A stretch of 64,000 nt of DNA from Bacteroidales bacterium (GCA_045600525.1 JAZRYC010000046.1:4117-68116), one strand, 5' to 3'; positions 29,558 through 39,477 are shown, counted from the stretch's first letter. Numbers and translations are program-made. Notes: generated by a model not told the origin, from the letters alone.

Positions 29558-30112
29558 ATGAGTTATTTAGAATTATTCTTGCTGTCGTTGAGTCTTGCTA
29601 TGGATTGTTTTGCGGTAAGTTGTTCTGCGGGAATCACCCAACCTAAATTATCAATAAGATATGTTCTGTTTTTTGCTTTCTGCTTTGGGTTCTTTCAGGC
29701 GTTCATGCCTGTTATTGGTTGGTATTTTGGGGAGGCGGTAATCGGTTATCTTAGTAATTTCACCAATTGGATTGCTTTTGCTATTTTGGCTTTTATAGGC
29801 GGAAAGATGATTGTTGAAGGTGTGCGTCAGGAGGATTCGGGCAAAACGGATATGACAAAATTGGGAACGGTTCTTTTGTTGTCGGTGGCAACAAGCATAG
29901 ATGCCCTTGCGGTTGGTTTTGGCTTTTCTATGATGCAGAATGTTCGGATAGGATGGGCTGTTTTCAATATAGGCCTTGTTTCCTTTTTGGTTTCTATACT
30001 GGGATATGCTTTGACAAAGCGTTTCAGCAGACATATTAAGGCACATATTGCTGAAATTGTAGGTGGGGCAGTTTTGGTATGTATTGGGTTGAAGATTCTT
30101 CTGGGTTTTTAA
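29558..30112 (+). CDS. mntP: Manganese efflux pump MntP
   Basis: The 184-aa product has six TM segments and the duplicated motifs LAMDCFAVS and SIDALAVG. Confidence 0.88.
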   Translation: MSYLELFLLSLSLAMDCFAVSCSAGITQPKLSIRYVLFFAFCFGFFQAFMPVIGWYFGEAVIGYLSNFTNWIAFAILAFIGGKMIVEGVRQEDSGKTDMTKLGTVLLLSVATSIDALAVGFGFSMMQNVRIGWAVFNIGLVSFLVSILGYALTKRFSRHIKAHIAEIVGGAVLVCIGLKILLGF

Positions 30113-31606
30113 TCATCGTCGCTGCCAACGCCGATTTTCCGGAATAGGATAATATTCGTATGCGCCGATGTCGGGAATGCCGTTGCGCATACGCCCCATG
30201 ATGTCGGTGGTGATGCCTAACCCAGTTTTGCCGGCATCAATGGCTGGAGAGGTTTCCTCAATATTGTAGTTTTGTTTGTATTTATCAATGAATAAGGGGT
30301 CTTTATTCAAAAGACAATTATGATAATGAGAATCTTTATCCAGTTGTTTGATGAGGCAGTTGTTGAATTGATAGTCTAAGGCCACTTCGTTATTTTTTGA
30401 AGTAACAATTTCATTATCAAGATATCCATATATAATACTGTTGTTGCAGACAAGGTTGGTGTTGCCCAATATGAGGAAGTTGTCTTTTTCATAGAAATTG
30501 GATAATCCGAAGGCTGGATCCTGTCGCGCGTTTTGCGAATAGTAATTGGCGATGGTCAGGTGGTTCAAAGTATAGTCACCCACTTGTAGCGCGATGCTAT
30601 AACTGCCGTTGTTGCTGATTTGGCAGTTGTTCATTTCCAGGTTGGCCGTACGTCCCAGAACGCCGACGTTTTTATTGTTCTGGATGACGGTATTATTCAC
30701 AATGGTTTTTCCTTTGAGGTATTCTTCCAGGGATTCTACTTGAAGTCCAATGGCGGCATTGGTGATAACGGCATGGTTGATGACGTTGTCTTCCGTGCCC
30801 TCATTTATCAAAATTCGATCCCATTGGGCATAGTCGTTGTCATAGAAAGAAGAAAGCTGGTCTCCGGCAAAGACCACGGGATTATCAACGGTACCATTTA
30901 CCTGTATGTTCCCATAACGAAATACCCAAATACCACCACCGTTGTGGACATATACGTGTGTGCCGGGATCTATTGTCAGCTTTCCCAGTGAGTCCACGAC
31001 AGCCCATCCGTAGATAACCCATGGCTTGTCGTTCGTCCAGTGGGTGTGTTCGTGATCATGGGCTACTATTCTATAGTTTCTGGAAGGGGTAAAATGGTCT
31101 GGAATAATAAAATGAGCATCTTGTCCGAAGGCAGCCAGCTGAACCGACTGTCTGCGTTGTGTGTTATAGAAAATGACAGAGTCAGTGGCCAAGTAAGGTG
31201 TGCTTTGACTGGTCGGATTGATAGTTACTTTGACAAATACAAAAAGGCTGTCGTGTGCGGCAATTTCCACATCATGGAATTCAGTCCCGGCAACCCCGTC
31301 CACATTGATGCTATAATAAGACTGGGCTCCACCGGCAAGAAGGATGTCTAATTTTACAGGTTCGGAACTGGGGTTATAAACGGTGAAATTTTTGGTGGTG
31401 GAAGACACGGTGGTGAAAAGTGTGTCAAACATCAAAGTGTCGGTGGAAAAGACCAACTTCACGGACTCATCGTAACCATGGGGGTTGCAGCTTGTGAATA
31501 GGAAGGTGCCGCAGAATAAAGTGCAGCATATGGCGAAAATAAAACCAAATTGCGATAGAATTCGGTTTTTGGATTCATTAGGATTGGAATGATCTGTCAT
31601 ATTCAT
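30113..31606 (-). CDS. Lipoprotein with right-handed parallel beta-helix repeats
   Basis: The 497-aa product has a lipobox (LFTSC) and repeated N/I/G-rich beta-helix rungs (NNTVIQNNKNVGV, NNCQISNNGSYSI). Its C-terminal DIGAYEY is typical of such proteins. Confidence 0.65.
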   Translation of the reverse strand: MNMTDHSNPNESKNRILSQFGFIFAICCTLFCGTFLFTSCNPHGYDESVKLVFSTDTLMFDTLFTTVSSTTKNFTVYNPSSEPVKLDILLAGGAQSYYSINVDGVAGTEFHDVEIAAHDSLFVFVKVTINPTSQSTPYLATDSVIFYNTQRRQSVQLAAFGQDAHFIIPDHFTPSRNYRIVAHDHEHTHWTNDKPWVIYGWAVVDSLGKLTIDPGTHVYVHNGGGIWVFRYGNIQVNGTVDNPVVFAGDQLSSFYDNDYAQWDRILINEGTEDNVINHAVITNAAIGLQVESLEEYLKGKTIVNNTVIQNNKNVGVLGRTANLEMNNCQISNNGSYSIALQVGDYTLNHLTIANYYSQNARQDPAFGLSNFYEKDNFLILGNTNLVCNNSIIYGYLDNEIVTSKNNEVALDYQFNNCLIKQLDKDSHYHNCLLNKDPLFIDKYKQNYNIEETSPAIDAGKTGLGITTDIMGRMRNGIPDIGAYEYYPIPENRRWQRR

Positions 31607-32360
31607 TGATAATCTGTGACCAATTATAACGCACTTCTGTCAAAAATAGTGCGTGAGCAGGGACAGATGTTCCTGCTTTGCATCTATCTTTTTGATTTAT
31701 AATTTTTTGAAAATCATCTGTAGACAATTTTCCCCATCCTACTTCCAAGAGGGTGCCAACAATGGCGCGTACCATGTTGCGCAAAAACCGGTTTGCCGTG
31801 ATGGTGAAAACGATATCGTTTCCCTCTTTATTCCATTGGGCTTGGGAAATATGGCAGATGAAGTTATTGACTTGGGTATGAACTTTTGAAAAACTGGTAA
31901 AGTCTTCATTATGCAGAAGGATTTCCGCAGCTTCGTTCATTCGTGCGATGTCTAAGTTTTTAAAGGCGAAATGTCTTTGTGTGAAGCGAAAAGGATCCTT
32001 TTGCGTGGAAATATAGTATTTATACGTCCTATCAATAGCATCGAAACGAGCATGGGCGGTCTCTTTTACGGGAAACAATTTGTAAATGACGATGTCTTTG
32101 GGAAGGAAGTTGTTGAGTTGGTCGGTGAGTTTTCGACATTGTTCTAAAGAGAAAGATTCCCCGAAGTCGAAATGGGCATAGAAATCGGCGGCATGCACAC
32201 CGGTGTCTGTTCGTCCGCAGCCGGTAATGGGAATGCGTTCCGTATGAAGTAGGAGAGAGAGACTTTTCTCCAATACTTCTTGCACGGATGGCTGGTCCGG
32301 TTGTATCTGCCAGCCAAAATAGGCGGCTCCATTGTATGCTAAATGCAGGAAATAACGCAT
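31578..32360 (-). CDS. truA: tRNA pseudouridine(38-40) synthase
   Basis: The 260-aa product begins MRYFLHLAYNGAAYFGWQIQP and contains GCGRTDTGVHA. Confidence 0.93.
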   Translation of the reverse strand: MRYFLHLAYNGAAYFGWQIQPDQPSVQEVLEKSLSLLLHTERIPITGCGRTDTGVHAADFYAHFDFGESFSLEQCRKLTDQLNNFLPKDIVIYKLFPVKETAHARFDAIDRTYKYYISTQKDPFRFTQRHFAFKNLDIARMNEAAEILLHNEDFTSFSKVHTQVNNFICHISQAQWNKEGNDIVFTITANRFLRNMVRAIVGTLLEVGWGKLSTDDFQKIINQKDRCKAGTSVPAHALFLTEVRYNWSQIINEYDRSFQS

Positions 32361-32371
32361 AAATAGGATTT

Positions 32372-32411
32372 AAGGCGGCAAAAATACGAAATTTCGTATT
32401 TTTGCCGCCTT
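32372..32411. promoter_or_regulatory. Perfect 40-nt palindrome containing two back-to-back -7 promoter boxes (truA <-> ABC ATPase)
   Basis: AAGGCGGCAAAAATACGAAA|TTTCGTATTTTTGCCGCCTT. TATTTTTG sits on the plus strand at 32398..32405 and on the minus strand at 32379..32386. The palindrome ends 1 nt before the ATG at 32412. Confidence 0.6.
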
Positions 32412-34142
32412 ATGGAAAAACTATTGGAAATATCGGATCTTTCGTTGGAACTGAAACAGGATGATCAATGGAAACCCATTTTGCATCACGTGGATTTCTG
32501 CCTTGGCAGAGGAGAAACGTTGGGCATTGTGGGTGAGTCTGGCTCAGGAAAGTCTGTGACGGCCCTGTCGGTTATGCAGCTGCTGAATCCGAATATTTCC
32601 CGTTATCCGAACGGATCCATCCTGTTTCATGATCCGGAACGACCTGATGTGCCCATTGACGTTCTTACCGCTTCTTTGAAAACATTGCAGCATTTGCGTG
32701 GCAATAGAATTGCCATGATTTTTCAAGAACCGATGACCTCCCTGAATCCCGTATTGAAATGTGGCGAGCAGATAACGGAACAAATTCTTTTGCATACTTC
32801 CACAAACAAGGAACAAGCGCGCAAACAGGTGATAGAATTGTTCAAGGAAGTGATGCTTCCCCGTCCGGAACAGATTTTCGACTCCTATCCCCATGAATTG
32901 TCTGGCGGTCAAAAGCAACGTGTGATGATTGCCATGGCGATGAGTTGTCATCCTGATTTGCTTATTGCCGACGAGCCGACGACCGCATTGGACGTGACGG
33001 TGCAGAAAGGCATTCTTGAATTGATTCGCAAATTGCAGCAAAAATATGGAATGAGTGTGCTGTTCATCACGCATGATCTCGGCGTTGTGGCTGAAATAGC
33101 TGATCAGGTATTGGTGCTATATAAGGGAAATATTGTGGAGCAGGGCAGTATTCAGGATATTTTCAAAAATCCTAAACATGCCTATACAAAGGGACTGATT
33201 GCCTGTCGTCCCTCTATGGCAGTCAGATTGAAAAAACTGCCTACGGTGGATGACTTTCTCTCGAATGCCTCAAACAGCGAGGATGGAATAATGGACGAGC
33301 AGGTTGTTTCTTTGGAAGAAAGAAGAGCCTATCATCAAAAATTGTATTCCACAGAACCTTTGATTAAAATAGAACACTTATCTAAAAGATATCCTATTCG
33401 AAAACATAAACTTTTTGAAAGACGTCAATATGTGGATGCACTACAGGATATCAATTTAGAGGTTTATGAAGGTGAAACCCTGGGCTTGGTGGGTGAATCG
33501 GGATGTGGAAAGACGACCTTGGGGCGTTCTATGATTCGCCTTATCAATCCTACGGAAGGCAATGTTTTCTATAAAGGGGTTGATTTAATGACTCTTTCCG
33601 ATAGGGAAATGCGCGGAATGAGAAAGGATTTGCAGATTATTCTTCAAGATCCTTATTCTTCTTTGAACCAGCGACTCACTATTGGTGATGCTTTAATGGA
33701 GCCGATGCGCGTGCATGGTATTGGAGGTAATGAGCGGGAACGCAAAATGAAGGCTATAGCCTTGTTGGAGAGGGTGAGTCTGAATGAATCCCATTTTTAC
33801 CGATATCCGCATGAGTTTTCCGGAGGACAACGCCAACGTATTTCCATAGCCAGGGCCTTGGCGGTCAATCCTCGTTTCATTATTTGCGATGAGTCGGTTT
33901 CCGCATTGGATGTGTCTGTACAGGCCCAGGTGCTTAATTTGTTGAACGAACTTAAACAGGAATACCGATTCACCTATATTTTTATTTCTCACGACTTATC
34001 GGTGGTGAAATTCATGTCCGACCGAATTGTGGTGATGCAGTCGGGGCAAATTGTGGAAAGTGGGGAGGCGGATGAAATATGCAGCCATCCGCAGACGGAA
34101 TATACAAGAAAACTAATAGCTGCTATTCCCAAAGGCATATAA
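32412..34142 (+). CDS. ABC transporter ATP-binding protein with two fused ATPase cassettes (Dpp/Opp D-F type)
   Basis: The 576-aa product has two Walker A motifs (GESGSGKS, GESGCGKT) and two signature motifs (LSGGQKQR, FSGGQRQR). No permease gene lies nearby. Confidence 0.9.
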   Translation: MEKLLEISDLSLELKQDDQWKPILHHVDFCLGRGETLGIVGESGSGKSVTALSVMQLLNPNISRYPNGSILFHDPERPDVPIDVLTASLKTLQHLRGNRIAMIFQEPMTSLNPVLKCGEQITEQILLHTSTNKEQARKQVIELFKEVMLPRPEQIFDSYPHELSGGQKQRVMIAMAMSCHPDLLIADEPTTALDVTVQKGILELIRKLQQKYGMSVLFITHDLGVVAEIADQVLVLYKGNIVEQGSIQDIFKNPKHAYTKGLIACRPSMAVRLKKLPTVDDFLSNASNSEDGIMDEQVVSLEERRAYHQKLYSTEPLIKIEHLSKRYPIRKHKLFERRQYVDALQDINLEVYEGETLGLVGESGCGKTTLGRSMIRLINPTEGNVFYKGVDLMTLSDREMRGMRKDLQIILQDPYSSLNQRLTIGDALMEPMRVHGIGGNERERKMKAIALLERVSLNESHFYRYPHEFSGGQRQRISIARALAVNPRFIICDESVSALDVSVQAQVLNLLNELKQEYRFTYIFISHDLSVVKFMSDRIVVMQSGQIVESGEADEICSHPQTEYTRKLIAAIPKGI

Positions 34143-34160
34143 ATTTAAAGCAAAAAAATA

Positions 34161-35096
34161 ATGGAGAATCCTATGGAAAATAAAGGTTTTTATATTTTCA
34201 AACAAGTACTTCGCATATTATTGGGTACTTTCTTTATGGTAACGGCAGTTTTTAAGTTATTGTCGTTGGATAGTTTTGAACTATATATCTATAGTTTTAA
34301 TATTTTCAATTTTGTGATTTCCTCGTTTGTGGCCCGTTGTGTGATAGCGGCGGAATTATTGCTGGGAACACTGCTGATTGTAAAGATTCGCTATAGGTTG
34401 GTTTGGTGGCTGACAATGGTTATGTTATGCGGCTTTACACTATTGCTGGTTTATGTGGCGATTTTCAGAAACGACACGAACTGTCATTGTCTGGGTGATA
34501 TCGTGCAATTGAACCCGACGTTGTCCATTGTTAAGAATATTGTAACCATGTTGTTGCTTATGATTGTTCGCAAGGAAGAAGAATATGTCTTTAGAAGAAA
34601 AAAACTTGTTGGAATTCTTGTTTTGGTGGCCTCTATGGCGATTCCTTTTGCCTGTTTCCCTATGGATGTCGTTTATAATGCTTTCTCTAAATCCAATCTT
34701 AAGGTTAATGAGGAAAAATTTAATGCTTTTCTACAAGACTCAACGGCGCAGGCTCTGCATCTCTCTCAAGGGAATTATGTGGTAGCCTATTTCGCAGCAG
34801 GCTGTCCATATTGTAAAATCAGTGCTACAAAATTGAGTACTATTGTGGAAAACAATCATTTGGATACCGACCGATTTGTATTTTTCATTTGGGGCAAAGA
34901 TGATAAAATAGAAACATTTAAAGAGGAAACAAAAACACAGAATTTCCGTTTTGTTGATATCAATCCCATTGAATCGGTTCAATTGGTTTATGGCAATTTT
35001 CCAACGATGGTGTTTCTGCGTAATGGAAAAATTGAAGAAGTGGCCGATGTTCGCAGCTTTGACGATAAGAAAGTGGTTCGATTTTTAAAGAAATAA
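34161..35096 (+). CDS. Membrane protein: MauE/DoxX-like TM domain fused to a thioredoxin-like domain (CPYC)
   Basis: The 311-aa product has 4-5 TM helices in the N-terminal half. The C-terminal half has the redox motif AAGCPYCK in a thioredoxin-fold-like context. Confidence 0.6.
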   Translation: MENPMENKGFYIFKQVLRILLGTFFMVTAVFKLLSLDSFELYIYSFNIFNFVISSFVARCVIAAELLLGTLLIVKIRYRLVWWLTMVMLCGFTLLLVYVAIFRNDTNCHCLGDIVQLNPTLSIVKNIVTMLLLMIVRKEEEYVFRRKKLVGILVLVASMAIPFACFPMDVVYNAFSKSNLKVNEEKFNAFLQDSTAQALHLSQGNYVVAYFAAGCPYCKISATKLSTIVENNHLDTDRFVFFIWGKDDKIETFKEETKTQNFRFVDINPIESVQLVYGNFPTMVFLRNGKIEEVADVRSFDDKKVVRFLKK

Positions 35097-35103
35097 CCTC
35101 GTC

Positions 35104-35661
35104 ATGACGACTTCGGAAGATAAGATAAAAGTCCTCTATGAATATTACCTGCTTCATGGATTCAAGCATTCCGTGGACGTGGTTGCCAAGGAATTGGGTA
35201 TTAGTCACATGACTTTTTTCAACCGCTATGGCAGTAAGGAAAATGCCATTGGTATGGCCCATGATTATTGGTACCAGACCATTCTCAAACGTTTTCAGGA
35301 AAAACAATCCCAATGTAACCATCCGGTTGAGGAGATTCTTTTTTTTGTTGGTGAGATAATGAATATGAATTGTTTGGAAAATGTTTATCTCCAATACGAA
35401 AGAGAACATATTACAGCTCTTTCACCTGGGCTGCCCTATGTGAGTGTTCTCCATTCCATTATTGAAACGGGCATTCAGAAATATCAGTTTAAAGAGGACC
35501 TTGACATTGAAACATATATTCGATTTTTCTTGTATAATGTCAGCAATCGTCCGCTCATGCATGAAAAAAGGGAAACAGTGGTGCGCTACCTCTTGATGCC
35601 GCTGTTAAATGAACGGGGCATGGATCTCCTGTCGGAGATGATTGTAACAGAATTGATATAA
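35104..35661 (+). CDS. TetR/AcrR-family transcriptional regulator
   Basis: The 185-aa product has an N-terminal HTH (VDVVAKELGISHMTFFNRYGSKENAI). Confidence 0.7.
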   Translation: MTTSEDKIKVLYEYYLLHGFKHSVDVVAKELGISHMTFFNRYGSKENAIGMAHDYWYQTILKRFQEKQSQCNHPVEEILFFVGEIMNMNCLENVYLQYEREHITALSPGLPYVSVLHSIIETGIQKYQFKEDLDIETYIRFFLYNVSNRPLMHEKRETVVRYLLMPLLNERGMDLLSEMIVTELI

Positions 35662-35662
35662 G

Positions 35663-38263
35663 TTAGTTAATCATTTTAATGGCTTCGGCAACAGCTTCAG
35701 GCACGCCGGCGGGGTTCTTGCCTCCTGCCATGGCGAGGGTCGGTTGTCCTCCTCCGCCACCCTGGATGAACTTACCTGCGGCACGCACCATCTGCGGCGC
35801 ATTGTACTTGCCTGCCAAATCGTCAGAGACGGCCACTACGAGGTTCGGCTTGCCATCGAACACACTGCCGAACACAATCACACGATTGGCAGCCGTTCTC
35901 AGGTTGAAGGCGGCCTGGCGCAGCATGTCCGGTGACAGCGTGGTAATCTTGGAGATAAGGCTCACGCCGTTTACCTCTTCTGCAGCCTGTTCCATCTCTT
36001 TGCAGAAGTTGTTGATTTGTTGTTTTTCAAACTCTTCCAACTTTTTGCGATATTGGGCGTTGTCATCGTTCAGTTTTTGAATGGCCTGCAGCAGGTTGGT
36101 GGTGTTCAACAACTCTTTGCTCTGTTTGATGAGTTCCTGGTTGGCATACATAATTTCTTCGGCGGCAAGTCCGGTGACGGCTTCAATACGACGTACGCCG
36201 GCGGCAATGGCACCCTCAGATACAATCTTGAAGAGGCCTATGTTGCCCGTGGCGGAGGTGTGCGTGCCTCCGCACAACTCCACAGAATCGCCAAATTGGA
36301 TGACGCGTACGAATTTGCCGTACTTTTCGCCGAAGAGCGCGATGGCTCCCTTGGCACGCGCCTCGTCAATGGGAATGTCAATGTGTTCTTGCAAAGCTAT
36401 ATTTTGACGCACTAAATTGTTGACCAACTGCTCGATTTTCCTAATCTCTTCGTCCGTGACTTTGGAAAAATGGGAAAAGTCGAAGCGCAAACGTTCGGAG
36501 GTGACCAGGGATCCCTTCTGCTCTACGTGTGTGCCGAGGATAGAACGCAGGGCATAATCCAACAAGTGGGTTGCCGAGTGGTTGTTGGCTGTGAGTTGTC
36601 GCTTTTCAATGTCGATTTTGGCCGTGAAAGTTACTTCCATATTGTCGGGTAACTTATTGGCATGGTGGATGGTCAGGTTGTTTTCCTTGGTGGTGTTGTA
36701 GATTGCCACAGACTCGTTGGTACTTTCCAAGATGCCCGTGTCGCCTACCTGTCCGCCGGATTCGGCGTAGAACGGAGTCTTGTCAAGCACGATTTGGTAG
36801 AAGGTCTTGTTTTTGGCTGTGACTTTTCTGTATTTCACAATCTTACATTCGCAAAGGTTTTCGTGATAACCCACAAACTGAGTTGGTGAGTCTTGTGCGA
36901 TGAGTTCTACCCAGTCGTCATTGGTGACGGCAGCTGCGGCGCGCGAGCGGTCCTTCTGCATTTGCAATCCATGTTGGAAACCTTCCATGTCCACGGTGAG
37001 GTTCTTTTCGGAGGCAAGCAGTTGCGTCAGGTCGATGGGGAAGCCGTAGGTGTCGAAGAGTTCGAAGGCGAAATCTCCGTCCACGATGGTTTTCCCCTGC
37101 AGTTTGGCGCAGTAGTTTTCAAACTTCATGATGCCGGAGTCCAACGTTTTGAGGAAGGAAGCCTCTTCTTCTTGGGTAACCTTTTCGATGAGTGTTTGTT
37201 GTGCTTTCAGTTCGGGGAACTGGTGACCCATTTGGGCAACGAGGTCGGCCACGAGACCGTAGAGGAACGGTTCTTTGAAGCCGAGGAAGGTGAAGCCGTA
37301 ACGAATGCCGCGGCGAAGGATTCGGCGAATGACGTAGCCGGCGCCGGTATTAGAAGGCAGTTGTCCGTCGGCGATGGCGAAGGTGACGGCGCGCAAGTGG
37401 TCGGCTACCACGCGCAGGGCGATGTCGGTTTCACGTTGCTCACCGTATTTCACGTTGGCTTTTTGCGCTATCTTTTGGATGATGGGCTGGAAGACGTCGG
37501 TGTCGTAATTGGACTTCTTGTTTTGAACCGCCATGCAGAGGCGTTCGAAGCCCATGCCGGTATCAACATGTTTGTTGGCCAACGGCTTGAGTTCTCCGGA
37601 GGCAATGCGGTTGTACTGCATGAACACGAGGTTCCAGATTTCAATCACCAGGGGATTGTCCTTATTCACGAGATCACGGCCGGGAACTTTGGCGCGTTCG
37701 GCATCGTCACGCAGGTCGATATGGATTTCAGAGCAGGGACCGCACGGACCGGTGTCGCCCATTTCCCAGAAATTGTCTTTCTTGTTGCCTTTCAAGATGC
37801 GGTCTTCGGGAAGGTGTTCCTTCCAGAAGTCGTATGCTTCCTGGTCAAAGGCGGTGCCGTCTTTTTCATCACCTTGGAAGACGGTGGCGTAAAGACGGTC
37901 TTTGTCAAGTTTCATCACTTCGGTTAGAAATTCCCATCCGTATGCAATGGCTTCTTTTTTGAAGTAGTCGCCAAAAGACCAGTTGCCGAGCATTTCGAAC
38001 ATGGTGTGGTGGTAGGTGTCGCGGCCTACTTCCTCAAGGTCGTTGTGTTTGCCGGAGACGCGCAGACATTTTTGGGAATCAGCCACGCGGGGATGTTCGG
38101 CTTTGTTGTTTCCAAGAAAGATGTCTTTGAATTGATTCATGCCGGCATTGGTAAACATCAGTGTCGGATCGTTTTTAATCACCATCGGCGCGGAAGGTAC
38201 GATGAAGTGTTCTTTGGATTGGAAAAACTTTAGGAAAGCGTCGCGAATTTCTATTGAAGTCAT
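35663..38263 (-). CDS. alaS: Alanyl-tRNA synthetase
   Basis: The 866-aa product has class II motifs, an editing domain (HSATHLL...CGGTH) and a C-terminal DHHA1-like domain. Confidence 0.96.
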   Translation of the reverse strand: MTSIEIRDAFLKFFQSKEHFIVPSAPMVIKNDPTLMFTNAGMNQFKDIFLGNNKAEHPRVADSQKCLRVSGKHNDLEEVGRDTYHHTMFEMLGNWSFGDYFKKEAIAYGWEFLTEVMKLDKDRLYATVFQGDEKDGTAFDQEAYDFWKEHLPEDRILKGNKKDNFWEMGDTGPCGPCSEIHIDLRDDAERAKVPGRDLVNKDNPLVIEIWNLVFMQYNRIASGELKPLANKHVDTGMGFERLCMAVQNKKSNYDTDVFQPIIQKIAQKANVKYGEQRETDIALRVVADHLRAVTFAIADGQLPSNTGAGYVIRRILRRGIRYGFTFLGFKEPFLYGLVADLVAQMGHQFPELKAQQTLIEKVTQEEEASFLKTLDSGIMKFENYCAKLQGKTIVDGDFAFELFDTYGFPIDLTQLLASEKNLTVDMEGFQHGLQMQKDRSRAAAAVTNDDWVELIAQDSPTQFVGYHENLCECKIVKYRKVTAKNKTFYQIVLDKTPFYAESGGQVGDTGILESTNESVAIYNTTKENNLTIHHANKLPDNMEVTFTAKIDIEKRQLTANNHSATHLLDYALRSILGTHVEQKGSLVTSERLRFDFSHFSKVTDEEIRKIEQLVNNLVRQNIALQEHIDIPIDEARAKGAIALFGEKYGKFVRVIQFGDSVELCGGTHTSATGNIGLFKIVSEGAIAAGVRRIEAVTGLAAEEIMYANQELIKQSKELLNTTNLLQAIQKLNDDNAQYRKKLEEFEKQQINNFCKEMEQAAEEVNGVSLISKITTLSPDMLRQAAFNLRTAANRVIVFGSVFDGKPNLVVAVSDDLAGKYNAPQMVRAAGKFIQGGGGGQPTLAMAGGKNPAGVPEAVAEAIKMIN

Positions 38264-38283
38264 ACTTGAAAAATTTTAGGCGG

Positions 38284-38291
38284 CAAAAGTA
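38284..38291 (-). promoter_or_regulatory. -7 box for alaS
   Basis: The minus strand reads TACTTTTGCCGCC, 21 nt before the ATG. Confidence 0.5.
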
Positions 38292-38319
38292 CAAAAAAGG
38301 ATTATAGGATGGTTTGGAG

Positions 38320-38988
38320 TTAGAAGTGATAAATCTCCTTAAGGTCGGGATAGGAAAGAATGTCTGAACAAAAGATAACTGGGGGCAGGGCAGGCGCCTT
38401 GTGCCGTTTCCCACAGGAAAGGTCTTTGTTTAAAGTGGAAAGATAGAGGTACCAAACCAGTTCGGTGCAATAAAATTTGGAGGAATCCTCACAGTTAAAC
38501 GCATTGTCGAAAAGCGCGTGCCTTTGATAGATGGAAAGAGCCTTTTGCAATAATTTCAAAGTGTCCTCATCCGTTGCACCGGCATGGTAGATGGCTCCAT
38601 GAACGGCCCGCTCCTTAGCGTAGAAAAGGGTTAGGGGCTCTATTTTCACGCTATCTTTTTCACCATGGGATTGTCGTTCATTTGGAACAGCGTGAATAAC
38701 GCACCATTGCTGGTTGTAATGAATAATCATACCCACATGAGAAAAAGTGCTGGAGGTATCTGCCTTAACAACGCTTTTGCTTAACGTGCCGGCTCCCAGC
38801 CTAAAGGCGAGATCGCCACTATGGATGGGAATTTCGTTAGAAATCAGGTTGGCGGGTTGAGGTGAAGGATGAGTGCATCCATTCAACACCAGCAGAAAGG
38901 AAATTATGCTGACAAATGGAAATGTCAGTTTTTTCAATGCGCTGAAAAAAGAATGATAATGGTTAGTCAATCTTCCACTCGCCATCAA
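38320..38988 (-). CDS. Lipoprotein, permuted papain-like amidase (YiiX/YaeF, C92 family)
   Basis: It has a lipobox (LVLNGC) and the motifs GDLAFR, FSHVGMII, VIHAVP and FYCTELVWYLY, which match the order of YiiX-family motifs. Confidence 0.7.
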   Translation of the reverse strand: MMASGRLTNHYHSFFSALKKLTFPFVSIISFLLVLNGCTHPSPQPANLISNEIPIHSGDLAFRLGAGTLSKSVVKADTSSTFSHVGMIIHYNQQWCVIHAVPNERQSHGEKDSVKIEPLTLFYAKERAVHGAIYHAGATDEDTLKLLQKALSIYQRHALFDNAFNCEDSSKFYCTELVWYLYLSTLNKDLSCGKRHKAPALPPVIFCSDILSYPDLKEIYHF

Positions 38989-39328
38989 CTTGGACTAATT
39001 TTTCCTGATTGGTCGTTTCTTCTGGTTCTGCATTGAAGGCCGATGTGAATGTGTATTTTACTTCAACCATGGCGGATTCTCCGTCTTCGGAAACTTCTTC
39101 GGAAAGAATTTCATATTTGGGAATTTTCACTTCCAGACCATTCATTTTTTCCACTTGTTTTTTCACTTCCTCATCGTTGGCAGTGGTATAAGTGAGAGCC
39201 TTTTCAAAATCGCCCTTTGTCAAAGACGTGTAATAATTGTCCACTACATCAGATGGTGTGGAGGGTTTGCAGGCGATAAGAAGGAGAGATAAAAAAATGA
39301 AAGAGAGGAAAAAGGATATTTTTTTCAT
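38963..39328 (-). CDS. Small lipoprotein, DUF4878-like
   Basis: The 121-aa product has a lipobox (LLIAC) and the sequence VVDNYYTSLTKGDFEKAL, typical of that family (from memory). Confidence 0.55.
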   Translation of the reverse strand: MKKISFFLSFIFLSLLLIACKPSTPSDVVDNYYTSLTKGDFEKALTYTTANDEEVKKQVEKMNGLEVKIPKYEILSEEVSEDGESAMVEVKYTFTSAFNAEPEETTNQEKLVQVDGEWKID

Positions 39329-39357
39329 AGAATAAAGTTTAACGGAAAATGATGCGG

Positions 39358-39365
39358 CAAACGTA
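39358..39365 (-). promoter_or_regulatory. -7 box for the two small lipoprotein genes
   Basis: The minus strand reads TACGTTTGCCGCA. Confidence 0.4.
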
Positions 39366-39477
39366 CATAAAAAAATTGATTTTTTTGTAAGTTGAACATT
39401 AATTTTGAGTTTTATTAGAGTAAAGATAGGAAGTAATTGACAGCTGATATTTTATTCTGCTGGAAGTTCACCCGCCG

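Noticed and set aside
36893-37927. A 344-aa plus-strand ORF, and several others between 35679 and 38233, lie antisense to alaS.
   Set aside because: These are shadow ORFs of a GC-rich, strongly codon-biased gene. Their translations are low-complexity (G/V/E/F-rich) with no recognisable motifs. alaS on the opposite strand is unambiguous.
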